Below, one piece after another: positions 53,549-64,000 of a stretch of 64,000 nt of DNA. The stretch spans positions 65,001 to 129,000 of the forward strand of contig NW_005434626.1 of the NCBI RefSeq assembly GCF_000315625.1, written 5' to 3'. The translations under genes and the position numbers were made by a program. Positions within the stretch are counted from its first letter, which is position 1. Each line of letters starts with the position of its first letter. The notes beneath the pieces were generated by a model that saw only the letters and a list, made by a program, of their open reading frames with translations, was not told the DNA's origin and ran no database searches. The DNA comes from Guillardia theta CCMP2712. Taxonomy: Eukaryota; Protista; Cryptophyta.

Positions 53549-55342
53549 ATTCGTCACTTTGACCTCTCTGTCCACCTGGCGCTTGAGAAATACCACCGCT
53601 GGCCTTCCTCGCAGTACCTCGCCGCGCATCCCGACCTGCTAGAGTTTGCGAGGTTCAAGCGGGAGCTTCCGCATAGTCGGGGAGGGGACGAGTTCACGCC
53701 CTCTGAGGGTCTACACCCCGCTGTTTACTATACGGCTATCGCTCGCTTCCTCGCTTGGTACTCTGACCAGCCGATGTCACGGACGCTGCTCTCTCCTCAT
53801 AGCCTGGACGTTCACTGCTCGAGATCTCTCCGTGCCCAGAAGCATCCTCTGGCGACCTTCTTCGTTGAGGCGCACGACTTCGTTCATAATGCTGGAGCGA
53901 TCCTCTACCGTCGTGTCAAGGCTCCTGCACCAGCTGCAGATGGCGCGGCGATCCCACCTGCCCCGGCTGCTGTGCCTGATGACGCAGGACGCCCCCCGGC
54001 ATCTGTACTCGTCTCATGAGCACTTCATTCCTCCGCCTGCGCAGCGAAATGTGACCCCTCTTGTCATGCGCGTCTTCCCTCGCCATGTGCATGCTCGCGC
54101 TGCGCTGACCGATCAGCAGCGTCTCGGATATCCTCACCTTGCACAGCCGCAGGACACACTCGCTCAAGTCGCAGGATAGGGTCTTGCAGTCTACCATCTT
54201 CGCTCATTTTCCTGAGCGAGACCTGAGCCACTCTCCGATGCGAGTCTCGAGCTACTACCCCCTCAAGGCCTTCCCGCACCGCTATGCTCAGATGCTCGAC
54301 TGCTATCTCCATGGCATGCCGATCTGCCAGTGTCCGACGGAATGTGATGGATGTCAGCGCGAGCTCGATCCCTCCGTTGCTGCACATCATCTCCAGACCT
54401 GCAAACGCCGATCCTCCAAGCTTCCCACGGCGCATGTCTACCTTCTGCCAGTAAATCCATTATCTTACAACCTTACTCGTACGATTCGGTCGATGCTGAA
54501 CGAAGCTGGTCTTCAGAGCGTCATCGATACAGTGGGGGATCCTCGCTCTCGACGGCAGGTACCCTCCCATCCTCATGGCCGCAAGATGAAGGGCGATATC
54601 CACATCCCTGGAATCCGCGATCGAGGGTCCGAGCAGTACGAGGGCTTGATGGCGGACGTGACGTTGGTCCACTGTGACCCTTACATTGGAAGCTCTGCCG
54701 ACCTGACCAAGTGGGGGGAGGTCAACCTCGACGCCCTCCATGTTGCAGCGTCTGAGAAGATTCGCAAACATCGCGCTGCATATGCTATGACTACTCCTCC
54801 TCGAGCGTTCATCCCTCTTGCCATCTCGACGGACGGTACCCTGCATCCTGACACCCTCCGCTTCATCTGGTATCTCGCGGACATCATTGCTCAGCGCTCA
54901 ATGCCTCTTGAGGATGCGGCGTTTGGTCGGCACTTCGTGCCTGATGACGGACCTGCTGCTGAGGTCTTGGCTCGCAAACGCGCCGCCACCTATCAGCGCC
55001 TCACCATGCAGCTGACGCTGGAGGCGCTCTTGTCTGGTGCGAGGCGCATGACGCCCTTGCGGTCACGCCGGTCCTTGGGCATTGCCGCGGCGTGCGGCCG
55101 CCGTCACGGGCGGCTACCGCTGACTCGGCTACCGCTGACTCGGAGGCTAGCGAGGAGGACTACCTCGAGCGGTACCGTGTTCCTGTGTCCAGCCTCCCTC
55201 CGTCCGCTGCCCCAGGCGGACCCCCGGGCAACGCCGGCTCCTTGTCGGCGGCTGCCCTTTCTCCTTCCGCGGCCGCCCGCTTTGTGCCGGCAGCGGACGT
55301 CTCGACTGACAGTGGTCAGTCGGCTGCCTCCGGGTATCGCGT
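53549..55342 (+). mobile_element. 5'-truncated retrotransposon copy (post-RT region, knuckle, RLE)
   Basis: ORFs 53414-54019 and 54139-55344 match the minus-strand host copy, with internal deletions and a 30-nt self-insertion. Confidence 0.85.
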
Positions 55343-58300
55343 GAAGGTAAAAAGTGCCTCAAGCAAAACAAAGCAGGATCAAGCTAAACCTCCTGGCACA
55401 CAGCGCACAGCGAGGAGCGGCACAATCACACACAAAACACAAGCCCGAAAAGAACCAGCACTGCTGGCACCCAGACGCGGCATCGCCAGCCCAAGCGCGA
55501 AGCCGCGCAGACAAGCAGCCGAAGGGCCAAGCAATCCAGCAACAAGCAGCAGGAGCATGCAGGAGGAATAAATCCCTTACACGCGATACCCGGAGGCAGC
55601 CGACTGACCACTGTCAGTCGAGACGTCCGCTGCCGGCACAAAGCGGGCGGCCGCGGACGGAGAAAGGGCAGCCGCCGACAAGGAGCCGGCGTTGCCCGGG
55701 GGTCCGCCTGGGGCAGCGGACGGAGGGAGGCTGGACACAGGAACACGGTACCGCTCGAGGTAGTCCTCCTCGCTAGCCTCCTCGTCAGCGGTAGCCGAGT
55801 CAGCGGTAGCCGCCCGTGACGGCGGCGACGCCGCGGCAATGCCCAAGGACCGGCGTGACCCGACCGATGCCGGGAGGAAGCAGGCGAGCTCGGACCAGCA
55901 GCAAGCACCCCAGTGGTGTCGAGCTCTCCGGAGGCACCCGGCGACGTCAGTGAGGGACGGAGACGCCTCGCCAGATCCGCGCCGATCGTCGGCGCCACTC
56001 GACGTGTTTCCCCCATCGGAGTCGGAGACCTCCGGCGAAGACTCCCCCTCGGGCGACTCGACAAAGTCCGAGGAGGAGCTGTCCTGTGGCTCGAGAAGTG
56101 CTTGCGCCCGCAAGGGCGTCATGCGCCTGGCACCAGACAAGAGCGCCTCCAGCGTCAGCTGCATGGTGAGGCGCTGATAGGTGGCGGCGCGTTTGCGAGC
56201 CAAGACCTCAGCAGCAGGTCCGTCATCAGGCACGAAGTGCCGACCAAACGCCGCATCCTCAAGAGGCATTGAGCGCTGAGCAATGATGTCCGCGAGATAC
56301 CAGATGAAGCGGAGGGTGTCAGGATGCAGGGTACCGTCCGTCGAGATGGCAAGAGGGATGAACGCTCGAGGAGGAGTAGTCATGGCATATGCAGCGCGAT
56401 GTTTGCGAATCTTCTCAGACGCTGCAACATGGAGGGCGTCGAGGTTGACCTCCCCCCACTTGGTCAGGTCGGCAGAGCTTCCAATGTAAGGGTCACAGTG
56501 GACCAACGTCACGTCCGCCATCAAGCCCTCGTACTGCTCGGACCCTCGATCGCGGATTCCAGGGATGTGGATATCGCCCTTCATCTTGCGGCCATGAGGA
56601 TGGGAGGGTACCTGCCGTCGAGAACGAGGATCCCCCACTGTATCGATGACGCTCTGAAGACCAGCTTCGTTCAGCATCGACCGAATCGTACGAGTAAGGT
56701 TGTCATGCGCCGTGGGAAGCTTGGAGGATCGGCGTTTGCAGGTCTGGAGATGATGTGCAGCAACGGAGGGATCGAGCTCGCGCTGACATCCATCACATTC
56801 CGTCGGACACTGGCAGATCGGCATGCCATGGAGACATTCCGTCGGACACTGGCAGATCGGCATGCCATGGAGATAGCAGTCGAGCATCTGAGCATAGCGG
56901 TGCGGGAAGGCCTTGAGGGGGTGACATAGNNNNNNNNNNNNNNNNNNNNNNNNNNNNNNNNNNNNNNNNNNNNNNNNNNNNNNNNNNNNNNNNNNNNNNN
57001 NNNNNNNNNNNNNNNNNNNNNNNNNNNNNATTTACTGGCAGAAGGTAAAAAGTGCCTCAAGCAAAACAAAGCAGGAACAAGCGGAACCGGCAGGNNNNNN
57101 NNNNNNNNNNNNNNNNNNNNNNNNNNNNNNNNNNNNNNNNNNNNNNNNNNNNNNNNNNNNNNNNNNNNNNNNNNNNNNNNNNNNNNNNNNNNNNGGGGGG
57201 GTAGTAGCTCGAGACTCGCATCAGGTCTCGCTCAGGAAAATGAGCGAAGATGGTAGACTGCAAGACCCTATCCTGCGACTTGAGCGAGTGTGTCCTGCGG
57301 CTGTGCAAGGTGAGGATATCACGCTGCTGATCGGTCAGCGCAGCGCGAGCATGCACATGGCGAGTTTTATTCCTCCTGCATATTGTGCCGCTCCTCGCTG
57401 TGCGCTGTGTGCCAGGAGGTTTAGCTTGTTCCTGCTTTGTTTTGCTTGAGGCACTTTTTACCTTCTGCCAGTAAATCCATTATCCGCGAGGGAAGACGCG
57501 CATGACAAGAGGGGTCACATTTCGCTGCGCAGGCGGAGGAATGAAGTGCTCATGAGACGAGTCGACGAGAGCGCGCAAACCAGGGATGTGTACCACAGAT
57601 GCCGGGGGGCGTCCTGCGTCATCAGGCACAGCAGCCGGGGCAGGTGGGATCGCCGCGCCATCTGCAGCCGGTGCAGGAGCCTTGACACGACGGTAGAGGA
57701 TCGCTCCAGCATTATGAACGAAGTCGTGCGCCTCAACGAAGAAGGTCGCCAGAGGATGCTTCTGGGCACGGAGAGATCTCGAGCAGTGAACGTCCAGGCT
57801 ATGAGGAGAGAGCAGCGTCCGTGACATCGGCTGGTCAGAGTACCAAGCGAGGAAGCGAGCGATAGCCGTATAGTAAACAGCGGGGTGTAGACCCTCAGAG
57901 GGCGTGAACTCGTCCCCTCCCCGACTATGCGGAAGCTCCCGCTTGAACCTCGCAAACTCTAGCAGGTCGGGATGCGCGGCGAGGTACTGCGAGGAAGGCC
58001 AGCGGTGGTATTTCTCAAGCGCCAGGTGGACAGAGAGGTCAAAGCGACGAATCCGCTGACTCGGAGGCTAGCGAGGAGGACTACCTCGAGCGGTACCGTA
58101 CGGTTCCTGTGTCCAGCCTCCCACCGTCCGCTGCCCCAGGCGGACCCCCGGGCAGCGCCGGCTCCTTGTCGGCGGCTGCCCTTTCTCCGTCCGCGGCCGC
58201 CCGCTTTGTGGCGGCAGCGGACGTCTCGACTGACAGCGCCTCAGTCGGCTGCCTCCGGGTATCGCGTCTAAGGGATTTTATTCCTCCTGCATGCTCCTGC

Positions 58301-60110
58301 TGCTTGGTGCTTGATTGCTTGGCCCTTCGGCTGCTTGTCCGAACGTCTGCGCGGCTTCGCGCTTGGGCTGGCGCTGCCGCGTCTGGGTGCCAGCAGTGCT
58401 GGTTCTTTTCGGGCTTGTGTTTTGTGTGTGTTTGTGCAGCTTCTCGCTGTGGACTGTGTGCCTGGAGGTTTAGCTTGATCCTGCTTTGTTTTGCTTGAGG
58501 CACTTTTTACCTTCTGCCAGTAAATCCTATACATCATTGGACCCGCGGGAGAAACGGAGATGACCCCTGGAGGAAGAAGCGCAGCTTCTGGAGATGGCTC
58601 GCCCTCACCAGCGTCTTGAACATGAAGCCATGATGCTGGACGAGCCCGAGCTTTGAGAGCTCTTCGTTGAGGGTAGAAACCTTCGCTCGGAGCTGACTAG
58701 CATGAAATCCATCCGGCGTGCCGATAGGCAGGCCGCCAAGTGTAATCCCGCCAGTGACGACCTCGAAGTGAAGAAGTTGAGTCTTGAGACGCGGCGCTTA
58801 AGGCTCTTCTTCAGCTGCGAGAGATCAGGGTGTTGATGCCAGGAGGGGATGTAAACTTTCGACTCGCGAGGTTGAATCTCTAGCTTCAGATCAGCCACCA
58901 TGTACTTCTTCATAGCGGACGTAGCTGCAACGGCATCCTCGAGTGGACCGACAAGCACGACGTTGTCAGCATAGGCCAAGACTCGAACAGAGGGAAAAAG
59001 CTCTGCGATATGGAGGAGCAGGGGGTGGATACTGTGGCAGAAAAACACGCTGGAGGGGACATCGCCCTGACAGACGCCCGAGGTACACTGAACGGAGGCT
59101 GACTGACTTTTGTGAAAGAGTCGAAGGTCAGCAGAGTCTCCATAGTAGCTGGAGAGGTAGGAGGCGAACAAACGGAGATGCTCGCAAGAGGGCAAGCTTG
59201 CGCCTTCAGTGATGCTCCCATCAAAGTAGTCGCGACTCGCACGTCCCTCGATTGCATCGAAGAGAGCCTGGCGGTCGAGGGAGTTGAAGGCGTTCTTTGC
59301 ATCCAAACTCACCAGCACTGTGGGGTTGGCAACATCCTCATCATCACCGCGAGCGTGAAGGGGCAGGAGCGCTGACGCGGTTTGCGAGAACTTCAGACAG
59401 CCGTTTGTAAATCCTATGTCAGGCCGTCTCGATCGAGCCCGAACTGAATCGCTCGAGGGTGAGACGAGAGGAAGTGCTGGTCAAGAAATGAGCGAATCCC
59501 TGCCAAAGCAAGCTTCGTCGCGAGTCGACGGTGTGCAGAACCGATGACAATTGGCCGGAGACCAGGTTTATCAGCTCCCTTGGAGAGGGGAATAAATCTG
59601 CCTCCTCGACGAATGGCTGACAGGGCAGGAATAAGAAGATCCGGCATCCGGCCAAGAAGGACCCCTTGGAGGATATGTTGGCAGTAGAGCTTCAAAGCTG
59701 CAGGATGACTAGAAAGGGGTGACAGGTGTTGCCGAATCCTCCACCCTTGGTCATCGGTCCCCGCAAAGGAGCTGTGTTGCTTGATCGCCTGGATCAGGCT
59801 AGTGGTGTCGAGGATGTCAGTCAAATCCACCTGCAGTACTGCAAGCGCTTGCTGGGTGAGATGATCCGCGGAAGCACTTCCAAAGGCAGGCGACGCACCA
59901 TCAGGGAACTTCTCTTGTGCTTCAGCAAGAAGATCAGCGAAAGATTCAGCCCTGTAGATGCCGGAGCTCAGTAGTGTCCGTACCGCCCGATGAAGGTCAC
60001 CCGCAGTGAACTGATGAATCGCCAACTGTCGTTGGCGCTCGCTCGCAGAGGTGAGGGACAGCGTAGGTCGCGGCGGAGGAGCAGGCTCAGACTCCTGAGA
60101 CGATTGGCCG
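55343..60110 (-). mobile_element. Longest (host) copy of the retrotransposon, interrupted by four nested insertions
   Basis: Collinear on the minus strand from RT N-terminus (60110-59420) through RT (59400-58535), thumb region (58050-57485), knuckle/RLE and C-terminal extension (56920-55577) to the 3' UTR (55576-55343). Confidence 0.8.
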
Positions 60111-61319
60111 ATGTTATTCCTCCTGCATGCTCCTGCTTGTTGCTTGATTGCTTGACCCTTAGGCTGCTTGTCTGCGCGGCTTCGCGCTTGGGCTGGCGAT
60201 GCCGCGTCTGGGTGCCAGCAGTGCTGGTTCTTTTCGGGCTTGTGTTTTGTGTGTGTTTGTGCAGCTTCTCGCTGTGGACTGTGTGCCTGGAGGTTTAGCT
60301 TGTTCCTGCTTTGTTTTGCTTGAGGCACTTTTTCAGGTGACCTTCTGCCAGTAAATCCATTGTAGTGCTCACTGTGACGTCGGGTGCCAATCCGTAGGTA
60401 TTCCTCCGGAGAGCTCGACACCACTGGGGTGCTTGCTACTGGTCCGAGCTCGCCTGCTTCCTCCCCGGCATCGGTCGGGTCACGCCGGTCCTTGGGCATG
60501 ACATTGCCGCGGCGTCGCCGCCGTCACGGGCGGCTACCGCTGACTCGGCTACCGCTGACTCGGAGGCTAGCGCGGAGGACTACCTCGAGCGGTACCGTGT
60601 TCCTGGGCCTGTGTCCAGCCTCCCTCCGTCCGCTGCCCCAGGCGGACCCCCGGGCAACGCCGGCTCCTTGTCGGCGGCTGCCCTTTCTCCGTCCGCGGCC
60701 GGCAGCTTTGTGGCGGCAGCGGACGTCTCGACTGACAGTGGTCAGTCGGCTGCCTCCGGGTATCGCGTCTAAGGGATTTTATTCCTCCTGCATGCTCCTG
60801 CTGCTTGTTCGCGCTTGGGCTGGCGATGCCGCGTCTGGGTGCCAGCAGTGCTGGTTCTTTTNNNNNNNNNNNNNNNNNNNNNNNNNNNNNNNNNNNNNNN
60901 NNNNNNNNNNNNNNNNNNNNNNNNNNNNNNNNNNNNNNNNNNNNNNNNNNNNNNNNNNNNNAAATCCACTAGGATTAGGAGGCCATCCAGTCCAGGAGGT
61001 GCCTCGAGTTAGAAGAAGGAGTAGCGGGTGCCAAGAGCTGCCTCCGGGTGTGCTTGAGGCACTTTTTACCTTCTGCCAGTAAATCCGCCTGGGGCAGCGG
61101 ACGGAGGGAGGCTGGACACAGGAACACGGTACCGCTCGAGGTAGTCCTCCTCGCTTTTCTTCCTCCTGCATGCTCCTGCTGCTTGTTGCTTGATTGCTTG
61201 ACCCTTAGGCTGCTTTGTTTTGCTTGAGGCACTTTTTACCTTCTGCCAGTAAATCCAATGTGCTTGTCAGTAAATCCTATACAAGCCTTGTCTGCGCGGC
61301 TTCGCGCTTGGGCTGGCGA

Positions 61320-62930
61320 TGGACCTGAGCGGTGATGATGAGGATGTTGCCAACCCCACAGTGCTGGTGAGTTTGGATGCAAAGAACGCCTTCAACTCCC
61401 TCGACCGCCAGGCTCTCTTCGATGCAATCGAGGGACGTGCGAGTCGCGACTACTTTGATGGGAGCATCACTGAAGGCGCAAGCTTGCCCTCTTGCGAGCA
61501 TCTCCGTTTGTTCGCCTCCTACCTCTCCAGCTACTATGGAGACTCTGCTGACCTTCGACTCTTCACAAAAGTCAGTCAGCCTCCGTTCAGTGTACCTCGG
61601 GCGTCTGTCAGGGCGATGTCCCCTCCAGCGTATTTTTCTGCCACAGTATCCACCCCCTGCTCCTCCATATCGCAGAGCTTTTCCCCTCTGTTCGAGTCTT
61701 GGCCTATGCTGACAACGTCGTGCTTGTCGGTCCACTCGAGGATGCCGTTGCAGCTACGTCCGCTATGAAGAAGTACATGGTGGCTGATCTGAAGCTAGAG
61801 ATTCAACCTCGCGAGTCGAAAGTTTACATCCCCTCCTGGCATCAACACCCTGATCTCTCGCAGCTGAAGAAGAGCCTTAAGCGCCGCGTCTCAAGACTCA
61901 ACTTCTTCACTTCGAGGTCGTCACTGGCGGGATTACACTTGGCGGCCTGCCTATCGGCACGGATGGATTTCATGCTAGTCAGCTCCGAGCGAAGGTTTCT
62001 ACCCTCAACGAAGAGCTCTCAAAGCTCGGGCTCGTCCAGCATCATGGCTTCATGTTCAAGACGCTGGTGAGGGCGAGCCATCTCCAGAAGCTGCGCTTCT
62101 TCCTCCAGGGGTCATCTCCGTTTCTCCCGCGGGTGCAATCACAGATTCGTCGCTTTGACCTCTCTGTCCACCTGGCGCTTGAGAAATACCACCGCTGGCC
62201 TTCCTCGCAGTACCTCGCCGCGCATCCCGACCTGCTAGAGTTTGCGAGGTTCAAGCGGGAGCTTCCGCATAGTCGGGGAGGGGACGAGTTCACGCCCTCT
62301 GAGGGTCTACACCCCGCTGTTTACTATACGGCTATCGCTCGCTTCCTCGCTTGGTACTCTGACCAGCCCATGTCCCGGATGTTGCCCTCTCCTCATAGCC
62401 TGGACGTTCACTGCTCGAGATCTCTCCGTGCCCAGAAGCATCCTCTGGCGACCTTCTTCGTTGAGGCGCACGACTTCGTTCATAATGCTGGAGCGATCCT
62501 CTACCGTCGTGTCAAGGCTCCTGCACCAGCTGCAGATGGCGCGGCGATCCCACCTGCCCCGGCTGCTGTGCCTGATGACGCAGGACGCCCCCCGGCATCT
62601 GTGGTACACATCCCTGGTTTGCGCGCTCTCGTCGACTCGTCTCATGAGCACTTCATTCCTCCCCCTGCGCAGCGAAATGTGAACCCTCTTGTCATGCGCG
62701 TCTTCCCTCGCCATGTGCATGCTCGCGCTGCGCTGACCGATCAGCAGCGTGATATCCTCACGCCGATCCTCCAAGCTTCCCACGGCGCATGACAACCTTA
62801 CTCGTACGATTCGGTCGATGCTGAACGAAGCTGGTCTTCAGAGCGTCATCGATACAGTGGGGGATCCTCGTTCTCGACGGCAGGTACCCTCCCATCCTCA
62901 TGGCCGCAAGATGAAGGGCGATATCCACAT
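61320..62930 (+). mobile_element. Truncated retrotransposon copy (RT core to RLE start) with internal deletion
   Basis: LVSLDAKNAFNSLDR, AYADN, DLSVHLALEKYHRW; jumps from DILT directly to RRSSKLPTAHDNL; runs into an N gap. Confidence 0.85.
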
Positions 62931-63389
62931 TNNNNNNNNNNNNNNNNNNNNNNNNNNNNNNNNNNNNNNNNNNNNNNNNNNNNNNNNNNNNNNNNNNNNN
63001 NNNNNNNNNNNNNNNNNNNNNNNNNNNNNNNNNNNNNNNNNNNNNNNNNNNNNNNNNNNNNNNNNNNNNNNNNNNNNNNNNNNNNNNNNNNNNNNNNNNN
63101 NNNNNNNNNNNNNNNNNNNNNNNNNNNNNNNNNNNNNNNNNNNNNNNNNNNNNNNNNNNNNNNNNNNNNNNNNNNNNNNNNNNNNNNNNNNNNNNNNNNN
63201 NNNNNNNNNNNNNNNNNNNNNNNNNNNNNNNNNNNNNNNNNNNNNNNNNNNNNNNNNNNNNNNNNNNNNNNNNNNNNNNNNNNNNNNNNNNNNNNNNNNN
63301 NNNNNNNNNNNNNNNNNNNNNNNNNNNNNNNNNNNNNNNNNNNNNNNNNNNNNNNNNNNNNNNNNNNNNNNNNNNNNNNNNNNNNNNNN

Positions 63390-64000
63390 AAACACAAGCC
63401 CGAAAAGAACCAGCACTGCTGGCACCCAGACGCGGCATCGCCAGCCCAAGCGCGAAGCCGCGCAGACAAGCAGCCTAAGGGTCAGGCAATCAAGCAACAA
63501 GCAGCAATCGCGGATTCCAGGGATGTGGATATCGCCCTTCATCTTGCGGCCATGAGGATGGGAGGGTACCTGCCGTCGAGAACGAGGATCCCCCACTGTA
63601 TCGATGACGCTCTGAAGACCAGCTTCGTTCAGCATCGACCGAATCGTACGAGTAAGGTTGTCATGCGCCGTTGGAAGCTTGGAGGATCGGCGTTTGCAGG
63701 TCTGGAGATGATGTGCAGCAACGGAGGGATCGAGCTCGCGCTGACATCCATCACATTCCGTCGGACACTGGCAGATCGGCATGCCATGGAGATAGCAGTC
63801 GAGCATCTGAGCATAGCGGTGCGGGAAGGCCTTGAGGGGGTAGTAGCTCGAGACTCGCATCGGAGAGTGGCTCAGGTCTCGCTCAGGAAAATGAGCGAAG
63901 ATGGTAGACTGCAAGACCCTATCCTGCGACTTGAGCGAGTGTGTCCTGCGGCTGTGCAAGGTGAGGATATCACGCAGCTGATCGGTTAGCGCAGCGCGAG
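63390..64000 (-). mobile_element. Truncated retrotransposon copy (knuckle region joined directly to 3' UTR), continues past window end
   Basis: ORF 62898-63959 shows HIPGIRD fused to 3' UTR sequence, so most of the RLE and the C-terminal extension are deleted. Confidence 0.8.

Larger units (their letters stand above)
53143..64000. mobile_element. Nested cluster of a CRE-clade-like non-LTR retrotransposon (RT, zinc knuckle, restriction-like endonuclease), all copies truncated or disrupted
   Basis: RT motifs GGRFIPLSKG..LRPIVIG..RRL, LVSLDAKNAFNSLDR, GVCQGD, AYADN, GITLGGLPIG; LPHSRGG; CDGC..HHLQTC knuckle; RLE KGDIHI..ADVT..ASEKIRKH..FIPLAISTDG. A shared 3' UTR ends GTAAATCC. Confidence 0.92.

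Noticed and set aside
53143-64000. SL-RNA, U2 snRNA, tRNA or rRNA target genes for the CRE-like element
   Set aside because: No recognisable RNA gene at any junction; the insertion sites are the element's own sequence.

Overview
Eukaryotic nuclear DNA, gene-dense, with many short (about 45-55 nt) GT-AG introns. Intron size, bipartite/LRGG-type leaders and an expanded HTH family suggest a cryptophyte alga of the Guillardia theta type (inference). Positions 1-52.6 kb hold about 16 genes: a long coiled coil fused in frame to a bacterial-type, divergent FRG domain; an HTH/AT-hook protein; EF-hand-like-MTFP1; XMAP215/MOR1; a PAH domain fused to a DUF1479/YbiU-like oxygenase; cathepsin B; an F-box/SNF2/RING helicase; a DHAR-like GST; a RING-H2 protein; a CNBD/GYG cation channel; riboflavin kinase; an NHL-repeat protein; and several hypotheticals. 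The same stretch has two minisatellites, a 923-bp TIR element and a TGTCA..TGACA insertion. Positions 53.1-64 kb are a nested cluster of one CRE-like (RT + zinc knuckle + restriction-like endonuclease) non-LTR retrotransposon. It inserts repeatedly into its own copies and ends in GTAAATCC plus a short recurrent tag rather than poly(A). Some insertions are only about 12-30 nt, and 10 of 11 termini lie on the + strand. Spliced gene models were read by eye, so exon coordinates are approximate.
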